Source: an uncultured archaeon (GTDB lineage: Archaea; Asgardarchaeota; Lokiarchaeia; Sigyniarchaeales; SOKP01). From it: 64,000 nucleotides of DNA. The notes under the pieces were generated by a model. That model worked only from the letters and a program-made list of their open reading frames with translations. It had not been told where the DNA came from and did not search any database. Of the stretch, positions 18,685-27,937 are shown piece by piece. A program made the position numbers and the translations under genes. The stretch is taken from the NCBI GenBank assembly GCA_964486045.1, contig CAZALK010000001.1, positions 192,001 through 256,000 of the forward strand, given 5' to 3'. Positions within the stretch are counted from its first letter, which is position 1. Each line of letters opens with the position of its first letter.

Positions 18685-18864
18685 CTAATCGTGGTGATGA
18701 TATTTATCATCGTCTTCGATATAGTCTTTCTCTTCATCATTCCAATTTCCATCATTATATTCTTCTTTATCGTAATCATCTCCATCGTCTTGGATACCGT
18801 CGTGGTCGTGGTTTAATCCATATTTCTTTTTAGATTTATTTAAATCCTTTTTTTCCATAGTCAT
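18685..18864 (-). CDS. Small Asp/His-rich acidic protein (57-59 aa, not in ORF track)
   Basis: MTMEKKDLNKSKKKYGLNHDHDGIQDDGDDYDKEEYNDGNWNDEEKDYIEDDDKYHHHD; coherent biased composition. Confidence 0.5.
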   Translation of the reverse strand: MTMEKKDLNKSKKKYGLNHDHDGIQDDGDDYDKEEYNDGNWNDEEKDYIEDDDKYHHHD

Positions 18865-19349
18865 TCCTTTGTTTTTTAATTTCTATTTAACCAGTCTACA
18901 AATAAATTTTGATATTATTAAAATTTTCTATTTTAATTTAAAGAGATTTCATTAAAATTATGATAGACTTGTAGATGCCTCATATGAAATGTCGTGGATT
19001 TGTTGATAACTTCAAAGTAGATAATATCTAGATGTTGGAATTTTCTTTTTACTTTATATTAGGTTTAAAAATAAAAATTTCTTCAACTAAATCTTTCATT
19101 ATCATATTGTTCCTTATCATTATTAATTTCTAATTTAGAACTAGACCATCTATGGATCAATTCATAACATAATTCAAATTTTAATAATGAACACATTGTT
19201 CATATTGTAATAGATAAAGTAAACGATTTCGAGAGGGATATTTAAAATTAAATAAATATTAATTCGCTCAGCAAGGCGTAAACTATATGAACTAAGAAAA
19301 TTGAGAACTAGAATTTAATTCTGTATAATTAGTGGACATAATAATCCTA

Positions 19350-19580
19350 TCAGGAATTCTTTTTGGCTTCAGGAATTAACACGATAAAATTACTACCTTT
19401 AGAATGGTCCCCTTTAATTCGGTCTTCAACCCATATCTTTCCCTTGTACAACTTAATGATTTCAGTAATAAACGACAATCCGATCCCCATACCCTTCTCT
19501 CCTTTCAGTTCTTTATACCCCTCTAGGAAGATTTTCTCTTTTTTGAAGCCTTGAACTCCTATCCCATTATCACTGAATTT
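19350..19580 (-). pseudogene. Remnant of a sensor histidine kinase (HATPase_c C-terminus)
   Basis: FSDNGIGV...IF...GMGIGLS...IIKLYKGKIWVEDRIKGDHSKGSNFIVLIP shows G1/F/G2 boxes; no intact upstream frame. Confidence 0.8.
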
Positions 19581-20002
19581 TTGATCGTATAAAAGTCAAG
19601 GAAAATACCATCCTGATAAACCCCGTTGAAAATTTTTTAGTATGCTATGTCATTAAGGGTCAGTCGTATCCCGCCTTGCAGAAATTAGCACGCTTTACAG
19701 AAGCTTTAAGAGAAAATTCGGAAATCTGGCAGGCCCTCAATAAATCGGTAAAAACTAGTGAAATATTAGAACTCGATAAGCCCCCCGCGCTCAAAACAGT
19801 GATTGATGAGATTTTTACTCAATGAATTTTCAGGCTTAGAGAAATACTTAAAAACATCTTTTTATCTTTTCCTTCTTTTTTGGTGAGAGATAATTCTTGT
19901 TTTAAAATTAATTAATCACAATCACTACAAAAGGCTTTTAATGAAAGCATGGGATCAAAGTTGAAACGATTAACTTAAAAGAAAATTAATCTTCAATTCT
20001 AA

Positions 20003-20018
20003 TTTTTTCTTTATAAAT
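20003..20018 (+). promoter_or_regulatory. T-tract/TATA motif upstream of five-gene membrane operon
   Basis: TTTTTTCTTTATAAAT, 26 nt before ATG 20045. Confidence 0.7.
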
Positions 20019-20044
20019 ACTCATTTTTTATGTCATAGATAAAG

Positions 20045-22183
20045 ATGACACTTGAAAGTGAGTTAAAGCGTAAAAAAGAAAGTTTGAAGTTCTTCTACCA
20101 AATGGCCCAAGAAGCGTTAGATGCTGATGACTTAGAACAAGCAATCGAAATATCAGCAAAAGGTCTCGAAGAAGCAGAATTGAAAGAACAAGATGAATGG
20201 GCGGAAAAATTTGAAGAATTAAATTCTCAAGTAGAGTCAGCTAAAGAAGCCACCTCTTTAAATACTACCATAGTACGAGAAGATATTACAGTGATTAAAG
20301 GTGTTGGAAAATCTGTTGCAGAAAAACTAAAGGGTGGTGGATTTCATTCTGTTAGAGTAATTGCTGAGGCAACTATCACCCAACTTACTAATATACCGGG
20401 AATTGGTCAGAAAACAGCCGAGAAAATTAATGAGGGGGCGAATGAGCTAATCTCAAGAAAAAATCTTAATGATTTTCCCGAGGATAGTGATATTGAAAGA
20501 TCACAACCAGTGGATGAAATCCCCAGAGCCGAGGAGAATGATTTAGAGGAGAATAATAGAGAAGAACCGGAGCCTGTAAAAAACTCCACTATAGTAGAAA
20601 GCGTTGTAGATAATATTGAACAGGAAAACACACAAAAGGCTTCATTTCCGTGGTTTGAGGAGAAACTCAAAATTAAGAGATCAGCAGTCTCTCAGAAAAC
20701 AAAGGTGAAATCTAATAAAAAAGTTGTATATGAAGAAGTTGTTGATGATTTAACTTCAGACTCTGAATACGATATAGATAATGGTAATATAGAGGATGAA
20801 AACACAATAGGGGTTGAAGATAATACTATTGAAAGTACATTCCACAAAAATCCAGTAGCACAAGATACTATTAACCTTAATGATAGAACTCAAGGTGTTT
20901 TTCGAGAAACAAGCGTTCAGGAACATTCTTCTCCGCAATTAACTCAGAAGATTACACCCCAATCAGAAGAACAGTTACTGTCTTCCGAGAAAAAAGAGAA
21001 TATTGAAAATATCATTCATTCATTACGGGAATCGGGATTTCATATTATAGAGAAAGTAAGGTTATTGAAGGATTTATCAATGAATAGTGATCTCATTGCT
21101 TTGAAGATTATTCACGCGAATGAATTTTTAGATTTGGTGCTAATTCTTCCCATCAAGGTGAGTAACTTGAAAGGAGAAATTAAAATTTCAAATAAACAAG
21201 TAAAATACATCCCGCTTAACGATACATTCAATAAAAATGGCTCTTCCTTCCGGTTGGAATTAAACTCAACTATTAATGACCTCGGAGAAGTGTATAGTGC
21301 GATGCGAGATGACATAATAAGTGAAGGAAAATTGCTTTCTTACCTTAGAAAACAGCTTAAAGTAGACATCTCTATTGAAAAATCCATGACCAAAAAAAAT
21401 CTATTCTTTCGTGCTGGTCCACTTCAATATAAAATATTCATTGAACCACTCTTAGTGTGCAATAATAACGTTGGGTTTCTAGAGAAGATGCTTCCTTTCC
21501 CCTATCTTAAAGATATAAACCTTCATATCATCAATTCCCCCCAATTACCAAACTTTCTTACTTATCTGGAGGAGAAGTTTACACTTCTTGAGGAACATTC
21601 CAATCATAAAAATTCATTAATTTCTTATGAAGATTCCTTTAATCAGTTCTTACAAACTGGGAAGAAATTATCAGTTCCTTTTATAGCATTCGGAATAACA
21701 TTACTAATGTTGGTTTTGTTTCAATTAGTTAACTTGCTGGAATTGGTGGTTAACATTGGATATGCCTTACTTGGAGTCTATTCGACCTCACTAATTTACT
21801 TCTACATCAAATTTTTTAAGACGAAACTTGAAATTCAGACCGAATTTGGAATTCCGCATCATCAAAAAAAGGTAGAAATAGATGATCCAGGGTTAATTAT
21901 AATTAGTGAGGCCTTCTCTGCTGACCTAATGGAGCAATTTGTGTTTGAATGTTTAGGAAAAAACCCAGACTCGTCCTTTATCCAGAAAATTGAGGAGGCA
22001 CACATCAAAGAGAGGTTAAATAACAAAGCAAAAGCAATAGAAATCAAGAATGAGAATTTATTTGAGAAACAAGACGAACTAACCGGTGAAGAAGGACTAG
22101 AATACAACAAAGAGGAAACCGAGTTCCAATTAGAAGAAGACGAGGAGATTTTCCAAAAATATGGATCGTTTTTAGAGGATTGA
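20045..22183 (+). CDS. Membrane-anchored helix-hairpin-helix DNA-binding protein
   Basis: N-terminal helical bundle, tandem HhH (IKGVGKSVAEKL / IPGIGQKTAEKI), acidic linker, alpha/beta domain, two TM helices near the C-terminus. Confidence 0.75.
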   Translation: MTLESELKRKKESLKFFYQMAQEALDADDLEQAIEISAKGLEEAELKEQDEWAEKFEELNSQVESAKEATSLNTTIVREDITVIKGVGKSVAEKLKGGGFHSVRVIAEATITQLTNIPGIGQKTAEKINEGANELISRKNLNDFPEDSDIERSQPVDEIPRAEENDLEENNREEPEPVKNSTIVESVVDNIEQENTQKASFPWFEEKLKIKRSAVSQKTKVKSNKKVVYEEVVDDLTSDSEYDIDNGNIEDENTIGVEDNTIESTFHKNPVAQDTINLNDRTQGVFRETSVQEHSSPQLTQKITPQSEEQLLSSEKKENIENIIHSLRESGFHIIEKVRLLKDLSMNSDLIALKIIHANEFLDLVLILPIKVSNLKGEIKISNKQVKYIPLNDTFNKNGSSFRLELNSTINDLGEVYSAMRDDIISEGKLLSYLRKQLKVDISIEKSMTKKNLFFRAGPLQYKIFIEPLLVCNNNVGFLEKMLPFPYLKDINLHIINSPQLPNFLTYLEEKFTLLEEHSNHKNSLISYEDSFNQFLQTGKKLSVPFIAFGITLLMLVLFQLVNLLELVVNIGYALLGVYSTSLIYFYIKFFKTKLEIQTEFGIPHHQKKVEIDDPGLIIISEAFSADLMEQFVFECLGKNPDSSFIQKIEEAHIKERLNNKAKAIEIKNENLFEKQDELTGEEGLEYNKEETEFQLEEDEEIFQKYGSFLED

Positions 22184-22184
22184 A

Positions 22185-22844
22185 ATGAAAGTATCACTGC
22201 CTATCTGTTTTAAAATTGTATTTCTTGCAGGGATAACTCTCCTCTTTGTTACTTTATTTGTAGATTGGTATACCTTTCAAGTGTTTGATGATGATATATT
22301 AGTAGCCTCTTGGGACTATAATCTTTTTTTCGAGTGGACAACTGAATTCCCTTCAGGTATTATAGTAAACGAAAGTTATCGTCCTGGAAATTTAAACCTC
22401 CCGCTTGCTCTTCATTTTTTATTTGTTGGAGTCACAATTTTCACTGTTTATACTGTTTTATTGAAAGACCTTGAACATTCTGAGAATTTGATTGCACTTA
22501 AAAGTTATTCACTCGGATTTCTATTTTTACTTGCGTTAGTTCTATTCTATATTGTTATTTTTCCTGTAGCGTATTTATTTCCCAACAATTTATATTTTCC
22601 CTCATTGGTAGATAACAACATTGACTTGGCTATGAAACTTTCTTACGCAATTAGTTATGGGTACGTGTTACAGCTTGTCGGTTTTCTATTAATCTTTCCT
22701 TATTCATTACACTATTATCTTACGATATCTAATTTTGAGAAACAGGAGAATACTGATGAGAAAAGAATTGCGTCTTATATCGAGAACGTGCAAGAAACAA
22801 TCGACCTTGATAAATATATCGCAGAAGAGGAATCGTTATCATGA
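22185..22844 (+). CDS. Four-TM membrane protein (tetraspan/claudin-like topology)
   Basis: TM1 ending in DW, beta-rich first loop, TM2-TM3, TM4 preceded by SYGY; acidic C-terminal tail. Confidence 0.65.
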   Translation: MKVSLPICFKIVFLAGITLLFVTLFVDWYTFQVFDDDILVASWDYNLFFEWTTEFPSGIIVNESYRPGNLNLPLALHFLFVGVTIFTVYTVLLKDLEHSENLIALKSYSLGFLFLLALVLFYIVIFPVAYLFPNNLYFPSLVDNNIDLAMKLSYAISYGYVLQLVGFLLIFPYSLHYYLTISNFEKQENTDEKRIASYIENVQETIDLDKYIAEEESLS

Positions 22845-23704
22845 ATAATAACATATTGGATTTAAAATTACAATCGTTAATACACGCTTGTAAAGCTTCT
22901 GGTAATTTCAAAAAATTATCGGTTGTAGGGTTTATTCTTACCAGCAATATCGTTGACGAAATTTCGATAAAGTTAGGCATGCGCCCTCGTCGTAAAAAAG
23001 AGCAAGAAAAACTGTTTGAGTATCTTTCTTTAGTAAATGACGTGTTTGAGAGAAATCTGCAAATTTGCATATTTCATTCGGATCTGGTTAATACGTTAAA
23101 AGAGGTTGAGCTCCTTTTTCTGAAAACGCGGGGTGACCTTCCCTATGAGTATATAAGCCAATTAATAACCTTGTATTATGAACTAAGGAAAATCGAAATT
23201 CCGAATATTCATAAAGGAATGGCAGGCGAGGATTTTTTTGGTAATCCAGGTATGGGTACCCTAAATTTCTTCACTCGACGGGCGAAAGCAAGACAAAAAA
23301 AAGAAAACAAGTTTAAGCCTATCCTCCGCCATACAATAACTGAAAAAGAAAAACAGATCCAAGTCAAGCTAAACAAAAAATTAACCCAATCTGATTTAGA
23401 GATGGCAATCCATCTAAGAAAGATTAAAAGTAGCTTGGATAAAAAAGGGAAGCAAAAGATAATTCTCCAAGGCTCCCTTAAAGACAGTATTATGTATGAA
23501 AGGTCTCAAAGCAAATTAATTGGGTACGTACTTTTAGGTGTGGCGTTACTTACACTGTTATTTGGAAGTGTAGTTCTTGTTGAGACGTTTCTCCTTCCTG
23601 CCACCATGGAGCCACTAAACCATGTAGTATTAATATCATTTGCAGTTGCGTTTTTATTTGTCCTTATTTATCGCAAATATTCTAAAAGAGGAAATATAGC
23701 ATGA
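22841..23704 (+). CDS. Hypothetical membrane protein (helical N-terminus, 2 C-terminal TM)
   Basis: ATGA overlaps with both neighbours; two hydrophobic helices at the C-terminus. Confidence 0.7.
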   Translation: MNNNILDLKLQSLIHACKASGNFKKLSVVGFILTSNIVDEISIKLGMRPRRKKEQEKLFEYLSLVNDVFERNLQICIFHSDLVNTLKEVELLFLKTRGDLPYEYISQLITLYYELRKIEIPNIHKGMAGEDFFGNPGMGTLNFFTRRAKARQKKENKFKPILRHTITEKEKQIQVKLNKKLTQSDLEMAIHLRKIKSSLDKKGKQKIILQGSLKDSIMYERSQSKLIGYVLLGVALLTLLFGSVVLVETFLLPATMEPLNHVVLISFAVAFLFVLIYRKYSKRGNIA

Positions 23705-26700
23705 GAGCTCAATATCATAAAAAAGTGGAAACAACACCTCGTAAGAATACTCGGGAGGTAATAATCGAGGAAAAGGATGGTACTCCTTCACCCAAAGAAA
23801 TACCCACAATATGGCGTGTAAATCCTTCCTATACTCATGCCAATAATACAATATCTATCGTGAGAATTATATTAATAGTCGCAATGGGCACCGTATTTAT
23901 TATTGCTACTTATTTATTGGATTTAAATTTGCAGATCTCATTAATTATGGGAGCATGCATTATTGCAGGGTTTGTTTTTGTGTTTTATGATTATATCGAC
24001 GTAGTAAACAATCTTTTTCGCAAGAGAATAATAATCGATCCAATGGAAAATATTATCTCCTTTTGGGAAAAAAACGACCACACAACTATCTTTTTTACCA
24101 ATAAGAAAGATTTAATTCATAACGGAGTTCAGATCTTTCGAGTCGAAGAGATTCCAGAAAATATTCATGCATCGATAAATTTGTTTTTAAAATCTCTAAG
24201 TGAATATAAAAACATGATAAGCTTTACCTATCAAATAGTCCAAACTCCTCAGGTCTATCTGAAAAGGACCGATAGAAACGTAATAGTTAGGGCTACTGAA
24301 GCTCGACGTACAAGTATCTATTTCTGTGTAAGCTATGCTGTCAAAGGAATATTAACTCAACATAAACTAACCCACTTAAAACAAAGGATGCGTTATGTGG
24401 GGGATGTTTTGCGAAATAATTTCACCGGTAATTTTCATCATTTTAAAATAACCCTTCTTTCGGGGGGTAATTTACTCAATGCGTTACGGACCTATTTTTT
24501 TAAGATTCCCCCCCAAGAAGATAATGCTGAACATGAGACTAAAGATAGACGATCCTTTTCCGTTAAATCTCTATTAAAAGCAGTATTTATGTGTTTCTTA
24601 ATTATATACTTGGATTACACCTTGATTCCTTTTGCAATTCCTCTTCTTTATATCGTTCTTATTAATTTCTTAATGATTGTCCTCATTATTTATCTTTGGT
24701 GGCGACAGCTCCTTTTCATTGTAAGAAAAAGACCATTTCCCAAAAATAAATTTGTTTATATTTATCCATTTCGCGGAACCGTTCTTTTTCGTTTTAGAGG
24801 TTACTCTGATACAGTTTTTATGCATGTCGAAAATAAACTTCTGATAGGTCTGAAGATGTTTAACCTTGCATTTAGTTTTCCTCCGGCATATAGCAGATCA
24901 GACAAATTCATTCAAGCTATTATGAATAAGAAAGTATCGTTTGCCTATACCTGTATGAACACTCCCCTTTCTTTTGCCGCATTCTATAAAGATGGAGCAA
25001 AATACCTCAACCAGAAGACAGAAGATAATCTATTTAACACCCGTTTCAGAATTCAAACTAAAATTGAAGCTCTTAATTGGTTGTCAATGAGATCAGGGAT
25101 GTGGCAAACAATTTTAACTATGTCTGTGCATGAATATGAGCTAACCGATTCAATAAGTAAATCAGAAATCGCTAAACTAGCAGAAAAGCTTGAAGAAAAA
25201 GCAGAAGTTCTACGTAGTGCATTTAATATGAATTTTTTTAATTTTGAGCTAATTCGCTTGAGAAGAAGTAAGTTAATTTCTGGAGTGTTATGTGAAATAT
25301 TAAAGACCAAAGATTATTCTTTTTATGGTTCCGGTCTTAATTACCTTCTATTCCAAGGAAAAGCGCTTTTAAACCTTGTCGAAATTGTGGGTGAACTTAA
25401 GAAAGGGATCGAAACAAAAATCGCGGCGGAGTTTAACACCCCTCTTCATTTAGAGAATCATATAACTTTAGGACATACCATTAATACTGAAGTACTGGAA
25501 GAAGAACTTCCTTTTGGATTTACCGAAGACCAAGCACGAAGGTTGATTATTGTAAACGGACTACTTTCCAGTAGAGAACTATTTGCCATCAAAACAGTTT
25601 CTGAATTAGTTAAAAAGAAAATTTCTTCACTTATTTTTGACTTTCGGGGAAATTGGTCGGTCTTAATTGAACGATTTAAAGGAACACCCCTTGAAAAAGA
25701 CTTTCTCCACTTTAAGCTGGGAAGTGCCTTTACCCTTGATCCTCTAAAATCAGATATACCTTATGACACCGATAACATAGGTTTCTTAAACTATATGTTT
25801 GATGCCTATTCTCTGGCGTTTCGGAAAGATCAAAAAACGGTTGAGATGATACGAAACACCATCATACGTAATCCTAATATGGATACTTCTTCATTAAACT
25901 TGGGTTTAATCAATCAGAATACATGGGAGAAAAGCCCTGGAAGTGATGCCCTTCTTGTGTTGTTCAGCGATTTTACTGAGCAAGACTTACCTTATTTACA
26001 CCTCTCAACATCAGCCCAAACAGGAGGGGTAACCTTTAAAGATTTTATTAACAGTGAAAAAACAGTCATTATTGATCTTTCCATAACTAATGATTATCGA
26101 AAACAAATATTCTTCGTATTTTTAATCCTGTCAAAGATCATCCACTATCTTAACTCCTCAGGAGAATATCAAGAAAAAGTAGTTGTTATTCCTCATACTG
26201 ATATTTTCTTCGATAGTATTTTTATCGATAAATTTACTAATTATGGGAAAATAAATAAGTTCTTAGATCCACTTATCGAAAAAGGATTTGGGTTAATATT
26301 CTCGGCAAACCAAACCCATTATTTGCACAACAACCTTGTTTCCTTTTTCAATAATATAATAGCGTTTAATACCAAAGACTCTCGTGATATAGCTGCAATC
26401 AGCAATGTTATGGGACTTCAAGAATTACAAGGAATTGGGTATTACTCAAAATCCAGGAATCAAACCTATCAGTTTAAATATCTAATGGCAATGAAAAATA
26501 ATGAGGCCGTCGTTAAACGAGAAGATAATTACCAACCCTTTCCAGTGCAATTGGAATGGAAAGATATTAAAAACAGTCCTATCATGGAAGAAAATGAGTT
26601 ATTCGATTATATGAAATCTCAAGGCTATGACCTTAGAGACACGGAAAAGAAAATACGGGAGCAATCTCGTAAAACCATCTTTCAAAAAGATTTAGGAATC

Positions 26701-27492
26701 TACTCTGGATTTATTGCGGAGGCAAAACAGTTTTTAGATGCGTTAAGAACTGTCGAACAGGTTGGGAATTTATATGAAAAACGAGTAAAAAAAGAATTAA
26801 AAACTTATATTTTCCCTAAAGCTTCAAAAATTTATAAAGATAAAGCAGAAATCAAGAAATGCCGTGATGAGATTTTTAGTATATTGATTAAGTTTGGTTA
26901 TCTAGTAGAAGATCATCCAACTAGAGCTAGTGGCTCAGAATCAGTAAGAACTTCTTACTCTGTCGGGGATCATTATGATAAAGCTTTAGACGACGAATTT
27001 GAAACTAAACAGCCCTATAGAATTGAGTCTTTAGATCTTGAAGCAGTCACCCCCCAATCTCCTGACTTTGTTGAAGCTCAAAAAAGAACCTATATTATTA
27101 GGCAGAAAAGTCTTAAAAAAGCGCTTGCTCGGGAGTTTAGTAATTTTCTCTTCGAGCTATTTAACGTCTATGAATTTATTACTCATAAGCAATATAAAAA
27201 TGCGTTAAAAGTCGAACATAACCTTGTACGCAGGTTCCTTATAGAAGTGTATACACATTACTTTAATGCCAATTATTTAATAACCACTAAAGATCTTACT
27301 GAATTTATATCCCATCTCGTAGCTGAGACAGAGATACCTTTTTCAGAGGAAGAGCTCATAAGTTACTTAGAACGATACCAAGTTATCGATTTTGACCATT
27401 CTGATATACAATCACTTGCAAACGAGATTTATGAGTTTATTTCAGTATTTTTTGATAAAATTCAGTTATTCATGTATAAAGATGAGGAGTGA
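23701..27492 (+). CDS. Large membrane-bound VirB4/HerA/FtsK-fold protein with degenerate ATPase motifs
   Basis: Two 2TM+alpha/beta modules, then LGH...PFG..RRLIIVNGLLSSRE (Walker A position), LIFDFRGNW, FTLDPL, TVIIDLS, VVVIPHTD (Walker B position), KGFGLIFSANQ. Confidence 0.7.
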   Translation: MRAQYHKKVETTPRKNTREVIIEEKDGTPSPKEIPTIWRVNPSYTHANNTISIVRIILIVAMGTVFIIATYLLDLNLQISLIMGACIIAGFVFVFYDYIDVVNNLFRKRIIIDPMENIISFWEKNDHTTIFFTNKKDLIHNGVQIFRVEEIPENIHASINLFLKSLSEYKNMISFTYQIVQTPQVYLKRTDRNVIVRATEARRTSIYFCVSYAVKGILTQHKLTHLKQRMRYVGDVLRNNFTGNFHHFKITLLSGGNLLNALRTYFFKIPPQEDNAEHETKDRRSFSVKSLLKAVFMCFLIIYLDYTLIPFAIPLLYIVLINFLMIVLIIYLWWRQLLFIVRKRPFPKNKFVYIYPFRGTVLFRFRGYSDTVFMHVENKLLIGLKMFNLAFSFPPAYSRSDKFIQAIMNKKVSFAYTCMNTPLSFAAFYKDGAKYLNQKTEDNLFNTRFRIQTKIEALNWLSMRSGMWQTILTMSVHEYELTDSISKSEIAKLAEKLEEKAEVLRSAFNMNFFNFELIRLRRSKLISGVLCEILKTKDYSFYGSGLNYLLFQGKALLNLVEIVGELKKGIETKIAAEFNTPLHLENHITLGHTINTEVLEEELPFGFTEDQARRLIIVNGLLSSRELFAIKTVSELVKKKISSLIFDFRGNWSVLIERFKGTPLEKDFLHFKLGSAFTLDPLKSDIPYDTDNIGFLNYMFDAYSLAFRKDQKTVEMIRNTIIRNPNMDTSSLNLGLINQNTWEKSPGSDALLVLFSDFTEQDLPYLHLSTSAQTGGVTFKDFINSEKTVIIDLSITNDYRKQIFFVFLILSKIIHYLNSSGEYQEKVVVIPHTDIFFDSIFIDKFTNYGKINKFLDPLIEKGFGLIFSANQTHYLHNNLVSFFNNIIAFNTKDSRDIAAISNVMGLQELQGIGYYSKSRNQTYQFKYLMAMKNNEAVVKREDNYQPFPVQLEWKDIKNSPIMEENELFDYMKSQGYDLRDTEKKIREQSRKTIFQKDLGIYSGFIAEAKQFLDALRTVEQVGNLYEKRVKKELKTYIFPKASKIYKDKAEIKKCRDEIFSILIKFGYLVEDHPTRASGSESVRTSYSVGDHYDKALDDEFETKQPYRIESLDLEAVTPQSPDFVEAQKRTYIIRQKSLKKALAREFSNFLFELFNVYEFITHKQYKNALKVEHNLVRRFLIEVYTHYFNANYLITTKDLTEFISHLVAETEIPFSEEELISYLERYQVIDFDHSDIQSLANEIYEFISVFFDKIQLFMYKDEE

Positions 27493-27848
27493 TAATGAGC
27501 GTTAGCAAAAACCAAAAAACTCTGTTGATAGAAATGGTTGAGGAGATCCTGCTTAACGAAGGTGAGCTTGAAACTTTGAAACTTCTTATTAATGATCTAA
27601 GCACGGGAAAAATTGATTCAAAACAACTAAAAATCGCAATCATTAAGAGTAGAGCAAATGCTTTAGAACGAATTATTGATATATTCCCTTTTTATCATAA
27701 AAGAATACTAAACCAAAAAGAAATCGATAATTTTGCTACAGATAATAATACTCCTCCTGAAGCACTCCTAGAATTAGAAGAAAAAAACAAGTTTCTCGAA
27801 GAGATCGGAATCAGGATAAATAAAATTGTAAGTAATTTGAGCACTTAA
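27489..27848 (+). CDS. Small helical hypothetical protein, last gene of membrane operon
   Basis: GTGA overlap with upstream gene; SD GAGGAG. Confidence 0.65.
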   Translation: MIMSVSKNQKTLLIEMVEEILLNEGELETLKLLINDLSTGKIDSKQLKIAIIKSRANALERIIDIFPFYHKRILNQKEIDNFATDNNTPPEALLELEEKNKFLEEIGIRINKIVSNLST

Positions 27849-27878
27849 AATCCTATTTTTTCTGCGTTTTATGGTTTC

Positions 27879-27916
27879 TATATAAAGGAAAAATTTCGAG
27901 CTTTTTTGTTTATATA
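27879..27916. promoter_or_regulatory. Back-to-back pair of T-tract/TATA motifs
   Basis: Minus-strand TTTTTCCTTTATATA (27879-27893) and plus-strand TTTTTTGTTTATATA (27902-27916, 21 nt before ATG 27938). Confidence 0.6.
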
Positions 27917-27937
27917 TCTCTACCCAATGTAATTTTA

